Shown here: positions 29,538-39,282 of the stretch, in pieces | Numbering within the stretch: position 1 is the stretch's first letter | Layout: each line of letters starts with the position of its first letter | Source of the DNA: an uncultured Thermoleophilia bacterium | GTDB taxonomy: Bacteria; Actinomycetota; Thermoleophilia; Gaiellales; Gaiellaceae | Length of the DNA stretch: 64,000 nt | Direction: 5' to 3' | NCBI GenBank assembly: GCA_963776305.1 | Contig: CAVZMA010000006.1 | Span: 60,430-124,429, forward strand | Program-made: the position numbers and the translations under genes | Notes under the pieces: generated by a model | What the model was told of the DNA's origin: nothing | What the model saw: the letters and a program-made list of their open reading frames with translations, nothing else | Databases searched by the model: none

Positions 29538-30325
29538 GCGGACTCCTCGAGTTGAGTGAGAACACGGCGGACGAGCACCGGCAACGTCTGTTCCCGGTAC
29601 CACGCGGAGGCGAGTGCGTCCGTCCCCAACGAGACGTCGCCAAGAGCGGCCTTCCCGGCGGCCTCGTGGTCCGAGGCGACGGCTTCGGCCGACCGGAGGC
29701 GGGCGCCCGGCCCTGCGACGCCGGTCGCTGCGAGCCGGGTCGTCCCGTCGGCGGTGCGAGCACCCGTGACTGCGAGCACCGTGTACTCGTGCGTGTGGGG
29801 GTAGTCGAGCGATGCGAACGCCGACGCTGCCGGCGGCTGGAAGGAGACGTCGAGAACGAGGCGCCCCGCCCGACCGGCGAGGAACTCCTCGAGGGGCTCG
29901 ACGCGCTCGCCGTCCGCGCCGGTCGAGCGGACCGTCGCGTCGAGCGCGAGGAAGGCCCCCTGGAGGTCTCCTCGCGGCGCATCCGGTCCCTGGCCGACAC
30001 ACAGGTTCCCGCCGACTGTGCCCTGGCCACGAATCTCGTAGTCGGCGAGGTTCCGCGCGCACGCGGCGAGCGCCGGCACCCGATCGGCGAGGTCGAGCAG
30101 TGCCGAGATCGGAGTCGTCGCCCCGATCGTGATCGTGTCGGCGACGCTCGTGATGCCGTCGAGGCCGGCGCGGGCGAGCAGGAGCACGCGACCCGGATCG
30201 AGCGCACCCGCCGAGATCTCCGGGATCACGACGGTCCCGCCGCCGACCACCGTCGTCGCGGCCCCATCGCCGAAGAGCGAGGCGGCCTCGGCCGGAGACG
30301 ACGGGATGAGGACCTCAGGAGCCAT
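29534..30325 (-). CDS. FAD-binding subunit of Mo hydroxylase
   Basis: VVGGGT, IRGQGTVGGNL and ASAWYR motifs; position in the operon. Confidence 0.85.
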   Translation of the reverse strand: MAPEVLIPSSPAEAASLFGDGAATTVVGGGTVVIPEISAGALDPGRVLLLARAGLDGITSVADTITIGATTPISALLDLADRVPALAACARNLADYEIRGQGTVGGNLCVGQGPDAPRGDLQGAFLALDATVRSTGADGERVEPLEEFLAGRAGRLVLDVSFQPPAASAFASLDYPHTHEYTVLAVTGARTADGTTRLAATGVAGPGARLRSAEAVASDHEAAGKAALGDVSLGTDALASAWYREQTLPVLVRRVLTQLEESA

Positions 30326-30352
30326 GGTGCCTCCCTGCCGCTTGGGTGCGCC

Positions 30353-30535
30353 TCACGACTGCTGCTTCCCGCCGATGCCCCAGTGCGCGGGAGCGACGCC
30401 CTGGATCACGACCTGGATGTGCTCGGGGGCAGCACCGCTCGACTCGGCGAGCGCATTCGTCAGCGCCTCGATCATCTTCGGCACGGACTCCTCGGTGACG
30501 CGGCGGTCGTACAGCTTGACCTCGATCATCGGCAC
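30353..30535 (-). CDS. Tautomerase family protein (4-OT-like, Pro-1)
   Basis: MPMIEVKLY..MIEALTNAL..HIQVVI..HWGIGG; AAGGAGG RBS upstream. Confidence 0.85.
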   Translation of the reverse strand: MPMIEVKLYDRRVTEESVPKMIEALTNALAESSGAAPEHIQVVIQGVAPAHWGIGGKQQS

Positions 30536-30644
30536 GGTATTGCCTCCTTCGGCACGGGCCGGCCCTCTCTGCGGGCACAGCTACGGGGATCAGGGCAGTG
30601 TGACATTGTCGTACCGTTCGTGCAACGCTATCGTCCCACGGGCG

Positions 30645-31226
30645 ATGGCACTCGTCGAGAACACCGAACAGCGTGTGGTCGATGGTGCGCGGCGCGCGAT
30701 CGCGACCGGAGGCTGGCAGGGTGCGACCCTGACGCGGATCGCGGACGAGGCCGGCGTCTCGCGGACGACCTTGCACCGCCGTGGCCTCGGCCGGGAGGAG
30801 ATCTTCGCTCTGCTCGCCCGCGACTACGAAGAGGCATTCCGCGCGGCGCTCTGGCCCGCCGTGACCGGGCGCGGGACCGGAGCCGAGCGCCTGGAGCAGA
30901 TGCTCGACGCCGTGTGCGAGGTGACGGAAGACCACCTGTCGTTCCTGGTCGCTCTCGACGAGGAGTCCGATCGGCGCTTCTTTCACGAGTCCGAGGACGA
31001 GGTGCGTTCGCGGGAGGGATACATCAACCCGATCGAGCGGTTGCTCGCGGACGGGATCGCCGACGGGTCGATCAGGGACGTCGACGTCGAGGAGACGGCC
31101 ACCGTCCTCGTCAACGCCGTCGACCGCACTTACAGGCATCTTCGCCGCGCTCACGACTGGGATCCGGCGCGGTCGCGTCGCGTCCTCGTCACCCTGATGC
31201 TGCGCGGGCTCCTCCCGACGCCGTAG
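30645..31226 (+). CDS. TetR/AcrR family transcriptional regulator
   Basis: ATLTRIADEAGVSRTTLHRR HTH; divergent from the Mo-hydroxylase operon. Confidence 0.88.
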   Translation: MALVENTEQRVVDGARRAIATGGWQGATLTRIADEAGVSRTTLHRRGLGREEIFALLARDYEEAFRAALWPAVTGRGTGAERLEQMLDAVCEVTEDHLSFLVALDEESDRRFFHESEDEVRSREGYINPIERLLADGIADGSIRDVDVEETATVLVNAVDRTYRHLRRAHDWDPARSRRVLVTLMLRGLLPTP

Positions 31227-31263
31227 GGGCCGGGCGCGCCACGGGCCGCCATCGTCGTGAAGG

Positions 31264-32265
31264 CTACGACGGTGGGGCGGCATAGACGCCGTGCTCCAGG
31301 GTCGTCGGATCCGCGGCCGGCGCCCGTTCGGCCTCGGCGAGCCCGGCTGCGACCTCGGCCGCGGCCGTCTCGTGCAGGCTCCGGATCGCGTCGGCGTCGA
31401 ACCCATCCAGCCTGAGGCGGGCCTCGAGCCGCTCGACCGGGTCGTAGCGCTCGGCGAATGCCTCGCGCATTCCGGTCGGCATGTACCGCGCGTCGTCGTG
31501 CGCGGCATGACCGTGCATCCGGACGGACAACGCCTCGACCGCCTGGGGGCCGTTGCCGTTCCGCGCGCGCTCCACCGCTGCGCGAACGGTGTCGAGGACG
31601 GCCAGGGCGTCCGTGCCGTCGACGCGCTCGGCCGGGATCGACCAGCCGCCGTACACGCGCTGGGCGATGTTCGTGTTGACCATCTGGCGCGCGACGGGCG
31701 TCGAGTACGAGTAGCGGTTCGACTGGATCACGAACACCGCCGGAACCTGCCAGACGGCGGCGAGGTTGAGCCCTTCGTGTGTGTCGCCGACCGAGAACGC
31801 TCCCTCGCCGACGAACGTCATCGCGACGCGGCGCTCGCCCCGGCGCTTGAACGCGAGCGCCGCGCCCGCGACGAGCGGCACGAGGTCACCGAGCATGGAG
31901 ACGAGCGGGAAGACACCGCGGGCAGGAGCGCCGAAATGGAGGTTGCCGTCACGGCCCTGCGTCGGGCCGGTGCCCTTGCCGAGAAAGTTGCTGAAGACCT
32001 CGGCAGGCGTGATCCCGCGGGCGAAATGGCACGCGAGCTCGCGGTTCAGCGGCGCCACGACGTCGTTCGGGCCGAGTGCCAGGCCGGCCCCGGCCGCGAC
32101 GGCTTCCTGCCCCCGTCCCGTGTACACCGAGCCTGGAATCCGCCCCTGCCGGTACAAGGTCAGCACCCGGTCCTCGAACAGGCGCTGAAGCAGAACCAGG
32201 CGGAACAGCGCCAAACGCTCGTCGGTCCCGATCGACGGCGCTTCCGCACACGGTTCGATCGGCAT
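31264..32265 (-). CDS. TPP-dependent 2-oxoacid dehydrogenase E1 alpha subunit
   Basis: GRGQEA, GEG..GDTHEGLN..N (TPP motif), VDGTD and RMHGHAAHDD. Confidence 0.9.
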   Translation of the reverse strand: MPIEPCAEAPSIGTDERLALFRLVLLQRLFEDRVLTLYRQGRIPGSVYTGRGQEAVAAGAGLALGPNDVVAPLNRELACHFARGITPAEVFSNFLGKGTGPTQGRDGNLHFGAPARGVFPLVSMLGDLVPLVAGAALAFKRRGERRVAMTFVGEGAFSVGDTHEGLNLAAVWQVPAVFVIQSNRYSYSTPVARQMVNTNIAQRVYGGWSIPAERVDGTDALAVLDTVRAAVERARNGNGPQAVEALSVRMHGHAAHDDARYMPTGMREAFAERYDPVERLEARLRLDGFDADAIRSLHETAAAEVAAGLAEAERAPAADPTTLEHGVYAAPPS

Positions 32266-32281
32266 CAGCGCGGGAGTCCCA

Positions 32282-33301
32282 CTAGTAGGCCATGAGCTCG
32301 TCGAGGGCGGCCGCCGTCGACTCGGCCGAGGGCAGGTACGCGTCCTCGAGCTCCGGGGCGAACGGCACCGGGGTATCCGGAGGAGCGTGGATCGAGGGCG
32401 GGGCATCGAGGAGCTCGAAGCAACGGCATCCGAGCAGCGAGAGGATCACCCCTGCTGCCCCTGTCGATCGCGACGCCTCCTGGAGAACCAGTACGCGTGA
32501 GGTCTTCGTGACCGATTCGATGATCGCCTCGCCGTCCAGAGGCCAGACGGTGCGGAGATCGACGATCTCGACGTCGAAGTCGACCTGGTCGGCCGCTGCG
32601 AGCGCGGTGGTCACACCGGACCCGTAGGTGACGATCGTCACGTCGGTGCCGGCCCGCGCGATCGCCGCAGGTCCGATCGGGGTGCGATGGCCGCTCGCGG
32701 GCGCCTCGGCACGCAGGCTCCTGTAGAGGCGCTTGTGCTCGAAGTAGAGGACGGGGTCGGGGTCGTCGATGGCCGCGCGGAGCAATCCGTACGCGTCCTC
32801 GACGGTGCCGGGGCAGACGATCTTGAGCCCGGCCGTACCCACGAACCAGCCCTCGGGAGAGCCGGCGTGGAACGGGCCGCCGCGCACACCGCCGCCCGTG
32901 GGGCAGCGGATCGTGATCGGGATCGGCTGTCCGGAGCGCCAGTGCGTCTTGGCGGCCAGCGTCACGATGGGGTCGAACGCGCAGGTGATGAAGTCTGCGA
33001 ACTGGAGCTCGACGACAGGTCGTTCGCCCATCCACGCCGCACCGATCGCCGCGCCGACGAATCCCTCCTCGGCGATCGGCGTGTCGATCACGCGCGACTC
33101 TCCGAACTCGTCGAAGAGGCCGGCGGTGACTCCGAACGCGCCGCCGAAGACGCCGATGTCCTCTCCGAGGAGGAAGACGCGCTCGTCCTCGCGTAGTGCG
33201 TCGTGCAACGCCGATCGGATCGCCTCGAGGTACGTGACCGTCCCCGCACGGATCTCTCCCGCCGTTTCGCCGGGCGCCGCGAGATGGCCGGTCGTCGTCA
33301 C
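32282..33301 (-). CDS. 2-oxoacid dehydrogenase E1 beta subunit
   Basis: LGEDIGVFGGAF, DTPIAEEG, ELQFADF, YFEHK and VDLRTVWPLD. Confidence 0.92.
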   Translation of the reverse strand: MTTTGHLAAPGETAGEIRAGTVTYLEAIRSALHDALREDERVFLLGEDIGVFGGAFGVTAGLFDEFGESRVIDTPIAEEGFVGAAIGAAWMGERPVVELQFADFITCAFDPIVTLAAKTHWRSGQPIPITIRCPTGGGVRGGPFHAGSPEGWFVGTAGLKIVCPGTVEDAYGLLRAAIDDPDPVLYFEHKRLYRSLRAEAPASGHRTPIGPAAIARAGTDVTIVTYGSGVTTALAAADQVDFDVEIVDLRTVWPLDGEAIIESVTKTSRVLVLQEASRSTGAAGVILSLLGCRCFELLDAPPSIHAPPDTPVPFAPELEDAYLPSAESTAAALDELMAY

Positions 33302-33347
33302 CAGGGCGAGCTTATTCGATCAGGCCCACCCGTTCCGGACGATCCCC

Positions 33348-34247
33348 TCACGGAGCCGGGGGAAGGGAGAACTCCTCTCTTCCCAGACCCATCTTCCGCG
33401 TCTCGGCCGCGGTCTTGTGCTCGACCGCGAGCTCGGGGCCGGGCACCGAGTCGCCCACGAATCGCGAGACGACGCGGCCGTGCTCGATGCGAGCCGGGTA
33501 GTCGTGGATCGGGAGCAGGAACGTCCCGCTGTTCAACGCTCTCTTGATCGCCGCGCGCTCCTGCCGCTTCGACGTGCCCTGGTTCCCGGTCGACTGTGGC
33601 TCGTAGTCGAGCACCTGGTAGATCGGATCGATCACCTGGTTCTGGATGTCGTACACGACATCGCCGCAGATGCAAGCGGTGCCCTCTGCAGTCTCGACAA
33701 GGATGTTCATCGAGCCCTCCGTGTGCCCGCCGGCTGCTTCGCAGACGATCCCGGGTGCGATCTCGTCGGGCCCGGAGAGCTCGAGGTCGAGGAGTCGCAT
33801 CGCACCGGGCTTGTGGAGCCGATCGATGTGGTGCTTCACGTACTCTGCCGGGTACTGCCCACCCATGATTCCCGAGGCCGAGTACTCGAGCTCGCGCCGG
33901 TTCGTGACGACCGTCTGGCGCATGGAGAACTGGCTGTCCTGTCCCGCGTGGTCGATGTGGTGGTGCGTGTGCAAGATCCAGCGCACGTCGTTGATCTTGA
34001 CCCCGTGCTTCGTGAGCTGGCGACGGAGGGTCATCTCCTTCGTCACGATCCCCGTCATCCCGAGCGTCTCCATGATCTCGGGGTGGCTCGCGCCCGTGTC
34101 GACGAGGATCGGCTCCGTGCCAGGGCCGAGAATCAGGTAGCCCCACGTCTTCACGCGCGTGCGGATTCCCATGTTGCGGGCGAGCACGAGGAAACTCGAT
34201 TCGAGCTCGATGTCGATCAAGTCGAGCATCTTGATCTCGTAGGCCAT
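33348..34247 (-). CDS. MBL-fold lactonase (N-acyl homoserine lactonase family)
   Basis: LVDTG, THHHIDHAG, GGHTEGS, GDVVY and PIHD. Confidence 0.85.
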   Translation of the reverse strand: MAYEIKMLDLIDIELESSFLVLARNMGIRTRVKTWGYLILGPGTEPILVDTGASHPEIMETLGMTGIVTKEMTLRRQLTKHGVKINDVRWILHTHHHIDHAGQDSQFSMRQTVVTNRRELEYSASGIMGGQYPAEYVKHHIDRLHKPGAMRLLDLELSGPDEIAPGIVCEAAGGHTEGSMNILVETAEGTACICGDVVYDIQNQVIDPIYQVLDYEPQSTGNQGTSKRQERAAIKRALNSGTFLLPIHDYPARIEHGRVVSRFVGDSVPGPELAVEHKTAAETRKMGLGREEFSLPPAP

Positions 34248-34340
34248 TGGTACGGCTCCTCTCGGAACGCGGTATCCGGACGGAAAACGCCAACTCCGTC
34301 ATGAGCCCACCGTCGGCGCCCCTCGCCTATCGTGCGCATC

Positions 34341-35171
34341 ATGACACGCGACGAAGCACTCCGCCGCCTCCGCGCCACACTCGCGGCGGGACGCCCGATC
34401 ATCGGTGCCGGCGCCGGGACGGGCCTCTCGGCCAAGTGCGAAGAGGCGGGCGGAGCCGATCTGATCATCGTCTACAACTCGGGCCGGTACCGGATGGCGG
34501 GGCGGGGCTCGGCCGCCGGCTTGCTCGCCTACGGCGACGCAAACGCGATCGTCGTCGAGATGGGTGCGGAGGTCCTGCCCGTCGTCGTCGACACGCCGGT
34601 GCTTGCGGGCGTGAACGGCACCGATCCCTTTCGCTCGATGCGGAGGTTTCTCCACGAGTTGCGCGACCTCGGTTTCTCGGGTGTCCAGAACTTCCCGACC
34701 GTCGGGGTGATCGACGGGAACTTTCGCCAGGTGCTCGAGGAAACGGGCATGAGCTTCAAGCTGGAGGTCGAGATGATCCGGACGGCGCGTGAGCTCGACC
34801 TGTTGACGACCCCGTATGCGTTCGACCCGGAGGAGGCCCGCTGGATGGCGGATGCCGGCGCCGATGTCGTCGTCGCCCATATGAACACGACGACGAAGGG
34901 CCTGATCGGAGTGACGAGCGCGCCGACCCTCGACGAGTCCGTCGAGCGGGTTCAGGCCATCGCGGACGCCGCATACGGGGCGAACCCGGATGTGCTCGTG
35001 CTCTGCCACGGTGGCCCGATCGCCGAGCCCGAAGACGCCCGGTACGTCCTCGAGCGGACGGTCGGCGTCGTCGGGTTCTACGGTGCCTCCAGCATGGAGC
35101 GGCTCCCGGTCGAGACCGCGATCACCGAGAATCTGCGTCGCTTCAAGCGGCTCTCGTTCACGCCGCGCTGA
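34341..35171 (+). CDS. TIM-barrel protein, Tm-1/phosphoenolpyruvate-hydrolase-like
   Basis: [40 protein letters not shown] and [12 protein letters not shown]. Confidence 0.88.
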   Translation: MTRDEALRRLRATLAAGRPIIGAGAGTGLSAKCEEAGGADLIIVYNSGRYRMAGRGSAAGLLAYGDANAIVVEMGAEVLPVVVDTPVLAGVNGTDPFRSMRRFLHELRDLGFSGVQNFPTVGVIDGNFRQVLEETGMSFKLEVEMIRTARELDLLTTPYAFDPEEARWMADAGADVVVAHMNTTTKGLIGVTSAPTLDESVERVQAIADAAYGANPDVLVLCHGGPIAEPEDARYVLERTVGVVGFYGASSMERLPVETAITENLRRFKRLSFTPR

Positions 35172-35214
35172 GCTTCCAATCTTCCCGGCGATCCAGGCGT
35201 CTCATTTGCAGACG

Positions 35215-35529
35215 ATGTTGACCGAACACGACGAGCACGAGGAGGCGGCCGCGCTTTCGCTGCGCGAGAAGCAGGAGCGCGAGATCGCGCTCGGCCACTC
35301 TCTGGCGCGGGCCGAGCACGAGCTCGCCCTGGAGGCGTTCGCGCTCGGCCAGACCTTCGCGCGTGCCGGTCTCGACTTCGACCCGCTGACGTTCGTCGCC
35401 CTCCGGATCGTGGAAGGCAGTCGCGAGGAGCAGGTCGATCCCGTGGCGTGCCTCAACGTGCTGATGGCCTTCGGGGTCATCGACCGGTCGGTTGCGCAGG
35501 CCACCGATCTGCTCGAAGACGCCGCCTGA
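35215..35529 (+). CDS. Hypothetical protein (104 aa, acidic and helical)
   Basis: Fills the gap between same-strand genes with natural composition; no recognised motif. Confidence 0.6.
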   Translation: MLTEHDEHEEAAALSLREKQEREIALGHSLARAEHELALEAFALGQTFARAGLDFDPLTFVALRIVEGSREEQVDPVACLNVLMAFGVIDRSVAQATDLLEDAA

Positions 35530-35553
35530 GGCTCGAAGGCCCGGCACCGGCCC

Positions 35554-36471
35554 GTGAGAGGGTCGTTGTCGACTACCCTCAGCAAGGTGAGCGCATTTCG
35601 CACGATCGACGAGCTCGAGTCGGCGCTGCAGGCGGCCGACTACCTGCCCGACAGGGGACTGTCGACGGCGCTGTTTCTCGCCCTGGCCCTCGAGAAGCCG
35701 CTCCTGCTCGAGGGTGAGGCCGGCGTCGGGAAGACCGAAGCCGCGAAATCGCTCGCGGTTGCCGTCGGCGCGCGACTGATCCGGTTGCAGTGCTACGAGG
35801 GCCTCGACGTCGCACACGCGGTCTACGAATGGAACTACCCGCGCCAGCTGCTCCACATCCGAGCTGCGCAGGAGGGCACCGTCTCGGAGGACGAGCTGTT
35901 CGGCCCTGAGTTCCTGATCCGGCGCCCGTTGCTCGAGGCCATCGACTCGGACGAGCCCGTGGTGCTCCTGATCGACGAGATCGACCGGGCCGACGAGGAG
36001 TTCGAGGCCTTCCTGCTCGAAGTGCTCTCCGACTTCCAGATCACGATCCCCGAGCTCGGCACGATCCGGGCCCGCCGTAAGCCGGCGGTGATCCTGACCT
36101 CGAATCGGACGCGCGAGCTCCACGACGCTCTCAAGCGCCGTGCGCTCTTTCACTGGATCGGGCATCCGTCGATCGACCGCGAGATCGAGATCGTCAAGAT
36201 TCGTATCCCCGGCATCTCCGAGCGACTCGCTGCCGAGGCCGCCGCATTCGTGCGCGAGCTGCGCGGGCTCGACCTCGCCAAGCCCCCCGGTGTCGCCGAG
36301 ACGATCGACTGGGCGATGGCACTCAATGCGCTCGGGCGGCAGGAGATCGACGCAGACGTGGTCGAGCAGACGCTCGGCTCCGTGCTGAAGTACCGCGAGG
36401 ACATCGAGGCCGTCCGCGACGAGACCCTGGCGCAGCTCGTCGACACGGCACGCACGACCGCGGCCCGGTAG
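35554..36471 (+). CDS. MoxR family AAA+ ATPase, CoxD-like
   Basis: LLEGEAGVGKT, RLQCYEGLD, LIDEIDRAD and TSNRTRELHDALKRR; start may be GTG 35587. Confidence 0.92.
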   Translation: MRGSLSTTLSKVSAFRTIDELESALQAADYLPDRGLSTALFLALALEKPLLLEGEAGVGKTEAAKSLAVAVGARLIRLQCYEGLDVAHAVYEWNYPRQLLHIRAAQEGTVSEDELFGPEFLIRRPLLEAIDSDEPVVLLIDEIDRADEEFEAFLLEVLSDFQITIPELGTIRARRKPAVILTSNRTRELHDALKRRALFHWIGHPSIDREIEIVKIRIPGISERLAAEAAAFVRELRGLDLAKPPGVAETIDWAMALNALGRQEIDADVVEQTLGSVLKYREDIEAVRDETLAQLVDTARTTAAR

Positions 36472-36478
36472 CCGGCCG

Positions 36479-37606
36479 ATGGCCGACGCCGTCGTTCGTC
36501 ATGTCGTCACCTTCGGCCGTGTCTTGCGCGAGGTGGGGCTCGAAGTAGGCCCGGGTCGCGTCGCCGACGCGCTCCGCGGGATCGCGGCCGTCGACCTGAC
36601 CCGGCAGGAGGACGTGTACTTCGCGCTCCGGCAGACGCTCGTCTCGCGCCACGACGAGCTCGAGCTGTTCGACAGGGCGTTCAACGCGTGGTTCCTCCGG
36701 GCGCCCGTGCTGCCTCCGGTCCGTACGGCCCAGAGCCCGGTCGCGCAGCAGAAGGTCGGCGAATCGCTCTCGGACACGACCGGCGGGGAACCGGACGACG
36801 AGCAGGGCGACCCGCTCGAGCTCGGTGCCTCCGGCCACGAGCTCCTGCGCGACAAGGATTTCGCCGAGATGACGCCCGACGAGTACCGTCGCGTCAGACG
36901 GCTGATCGCGGCGATCGCGGAGAATCGCCCGCTGCGTGCGTCGCGGCGCCGGCGCGCCGATCCCCGAGGGGATCGTCTCGACATGCGGCGCCTCATCCGG
37001 CACTCGCTCCGCACGGGAGGCGACCCCGTCGACCGCCCGTATCGCGCCCGCAAGGAGGTGCCGAGGAAGCTGGTCGTCCTGTGTGACGTGTCCGGTTCGA
37101 TGGACGCATACGCTCGCGCACTCGTGCTCTTCCTCCACGCCGCCGTCGGGTCGGGCCCCGGCGTGGAGGCGTTCGCATTCGGCACCCGCCTGTCGCGCCT
37201 CACGCCGGAGCTCGGCACCCGTGATCCTGAGTCGGCGCTCGAGAAGTGCACCGAGGCCGTCACCGACTGGGGCAGCGGCACCCGAATCGGGGCCTCCTTG
37301 AAGGAGTTCAACGACCTCTACGGCAAGCGGGCGCTGTCGCGCGGGGCAGTGGTGGTCGTCGTCTCGGACGGTTGGGAGCGCCAGGACCCGGAGCTCGTCG
37401 GTCGCGAGATGGCGCGCCTCGCCCGCGCCGCATATGCGGTCATCTGGGTCAATCCGCTGAAAGGGAACCCGGACTACCAGCCTCTCGCCGGGGGCATGCG
37501 GGCCGCCCTGCCGTATATCGACAGGTTTCTGTCCGGCCATAATCTGAGAAGTCTGGAAGAGTTGGCGGCGGTTCTCGCCGGCATCGAGAGGAGGCACGCA
37601 GCGTGA
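36479..37606 (+). CDS. VWA domain protein, CoxE-like
   Basis: LCDVSGSM, FGTRL, DWGSGTRIG, SDGWE and WVNPL. Confidence 0.92.
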   Translation: MADAVVRHVVTFGRVLREVGLEVGPGRVADALRGIAAVDLTRQEDVYFALRQTLVSRHDELELFDRAFNAWFLRAPVLPPVRTAQSPVAQQKVGESLSDTTGGEPDDEQGDPLELGASGHELLRDKDFAEMTPDEYRRVRRLIAAIAENRPLRASRRRRADPRGDRLDMRRLIRHSLRTGGDPVDRPYRARKEVPRKLVVLCDVSGSMDAYARALVLFLHAAVGSGPGVEAFAFGTRLSRLTPELGTRDPESALEKCTEAVTDWGSGTRIGASLKEFNDLYGKRALSRGAVVVVVSDGWERQDPELVGREMARLARAAYAVIWVNPLKGNPDYQPLAGGMRAALPYIDRFLSGHNLRSLEELAAVLAGIERRHAA

Positions 37607-37914
37607 AAGAGATCCTGGACGAGGTGGAGCGTTGGCGCGAGGCGGGTGAGAAGGTCGTCGTCGCAACGGTCGTCGCGACCCGACGCTCGGCGCCGCGGCC
37701 CGTTGGCACGAGCCTTGCGATCTCGGAGTCGGGGAAGATGTGCGGGTCCGTCTCCGGCGGCTGCGTCGAGAGCGACGTGTTCGAGAATGCGATGGAGGTG
37801 ATGCGCTCGGGCGACCCGAAGATGCTGAGCTACGGCATCACGGACGACATGGCGTGGAGCGTCGGCCTGCCGTGCGGCGGCGAGATCGACGTCTTCGTGG
37901 AGCCTGTCGAGTGA
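37603..37914 (+). CDS. XdhC/CoxI family protein, N-terminal domain
   Basis: ATVV..SAPRPVG, GSVSGGCVE and GLPCGGEIDVFVEP. Confidence 0.9.
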   Translation: MKEILDEVERWREAGEKVVVATVVATRRSAPRPVGTSLAISESGKMCGSVSGGCVESDVFENAMEVMRSGDPKMLSYGITDDMAWSVGLPCGGEIDVFVEPVE

Positions 37915-38663
37915 GTCTGCTCCAGCGGCTCACGGAGCTTCGCGCCTCGGGCGAGCGTGGCGTGCTGTTCACCGTCGTCGAGGGCGAAGGCATCGGCGGG
38001 AAGGAGCTCGTGCTCGAGACGGGCGAGCACATCGGCGGCGGTGTGCCAGTGGAGGCGACCGGTCAGTTCGACGAGCTCGTGCGGCGGGGCCGCAACAAGC
38101 TGCTCTCGCTCGACGACGACACGAAGGTGTTCGCCGAGTGGTATGGACCGCCGCCGCGCCTGTTCATCTACGGCGCCGTCGACACTGCCGAGTCGCTGTG
38201 CCGCGCCGCGAAGCTGCTCGGTTGGACGGCGATCGTCGGCGATGCCCGAGCGATGTTCCTGACGCCTGAGCGGATGCCGTCGGCCGACGTTCTGATCCAG
38301 AAATGGCCCGAGGAAGCCGTCGCCGAGCTCGCGCCGGACCACCAGACCGCCGTCGTCGTCCTCACCCACGACGACAAGTTCGACGAGCCCGCGCTGATGG
38401 CGGCCCTCGCCAGCGAGGCGTTCTACGTGGGAGCGCTGGGCTCCAGGCGAACGACGGAGCGCCGGCGCGGGCGCCTGCTCGAGGCCGGCGTCCCGCAGGA
38501 GCAACTCGACCGGATCATGGGTCCCTGCGGCCTCGACATCGGCGCCGACAGCCAGGAGGAGACGGCGCTCGCGATCCTCGCCGAGATCCTGGCCGTGCGA
38601 TCGGGTCGAGGCGGAGGGTCGCTGCGCGAATCGAAGAACCGGATCCACGTCGAGGTGGCGTAG
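37911..38663 (+). CDS. XdhC family protein, Rossmann C-terminal domain
   Basis: RLFIYGA, VLTHDDKFD, YVGALGSRRT and GLDIGA..EETALAILAE. Confidence 0.88.
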   Translation: MSLLQRLTELRASGERGVLFTVVEGEGIGGKELVLETGEHIGGGVPVEATGQFDELVRRGRNKLLSLDDDTKVFAEWYGPPPRLFIYGAVDTAESLCRAAKLLGWTAIVGDARAMFLTPERMPSADVLIQKWPEEAVAELAPDHQTAVVVLTHDDKFDEPALMAALASEAFYVGALGSRRTTERRRGRLLEAGVPQEQLDRIMGPCGLDIGADSQEETALAILAEILAVRSGRGGGSLRESKNRIHVEVA

Positions 38664-38780
38664 GGGAGCCCGGCGATCGAAGAGCGTATCGCCGGGCTCC
38701 CCTACGCATGCTTTCTGCCGCGCTGCGCGCGGATCCTGAAGCCGGGAACCTACGGTTCCCTTGGGTACCCTCCCTTCTGA
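38658..38780. repeat. Dispersed structured element, copy A: 20-bp perfect hairpin with CGAAGAGCGT loop plus 43-nt core
   Basis: Arms 38658-38677 and 38688-38707; core 38708-38750 is 41/43 identical to 49361-49403. Confidence 0.85.
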
Positions 38781-38797
38781 ACGCGGCGGCGCCGTCG

Positions 38798-39282
38798 TCA
38801 GCGGCGGCGGCGCGATGCGAGCTGCGCCGGCAGCAGGGCCAGACGGTCAGCTCCCTGAGGGAGGCGCGCGCATTGCGTGACTCGGGCGGACACACGGCCG
38901 TGACGCGCACGCCGGTTCCACGTAGCAGCCAGCGGAAGGCGGCTCGCGCCCGAGCTGCATGCCAGCGCGAGGTCACGACCACGACCTCGACGGCGCCGAC
39001 TCTTCTGATGTCATCGAGGGCGTTGGCAGCGTTCCCCACCGTCGTTCTCGCATCTGGGTCGACCACGAGCTCGCGGGCGCGTCCGCGCCAGGCCGCCGCC
39101 ATCAGCTCCGCTTCCGACCGCGTTCCCGGTACCCGCGCCCAACCGGAGAGCACGACGACGTCGTCATCCGTGCTGATCTCGGCCGCTCGTGCGAGCCTCG
39201 CCGCAGCAACGGGATGCAGCGCGTCGCGGCCGCCGTCCGCGTAGCCGAGCACGACGACGACGCGCGCCGGGCGGCCGCTCAC
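38798..39282 (-). CDS. YdcF/DUF218 family protein; frameshift near 38837
   Basis: VVVLG, VVLSG, SEAELM, ARTTVGNA and VVVTSRWH..RA. Confidence 0.75.

Noticed and set aside
26555-30325. Aerobic CO dehydrogenase (suggested by nearby coxD/coxE)
   Set aside because: The active-site loop is AMRGFG, not AYxCSFR, and the Mo subunit is split.
38658-38780. Known riboswitch or ribozyme (Moco, fluoride, SAH, glycine, hammerhead) for the repeated element
   Set aside because: Consensus cores do not match on either strand by eye, and the copies lie at gene 3' ends.
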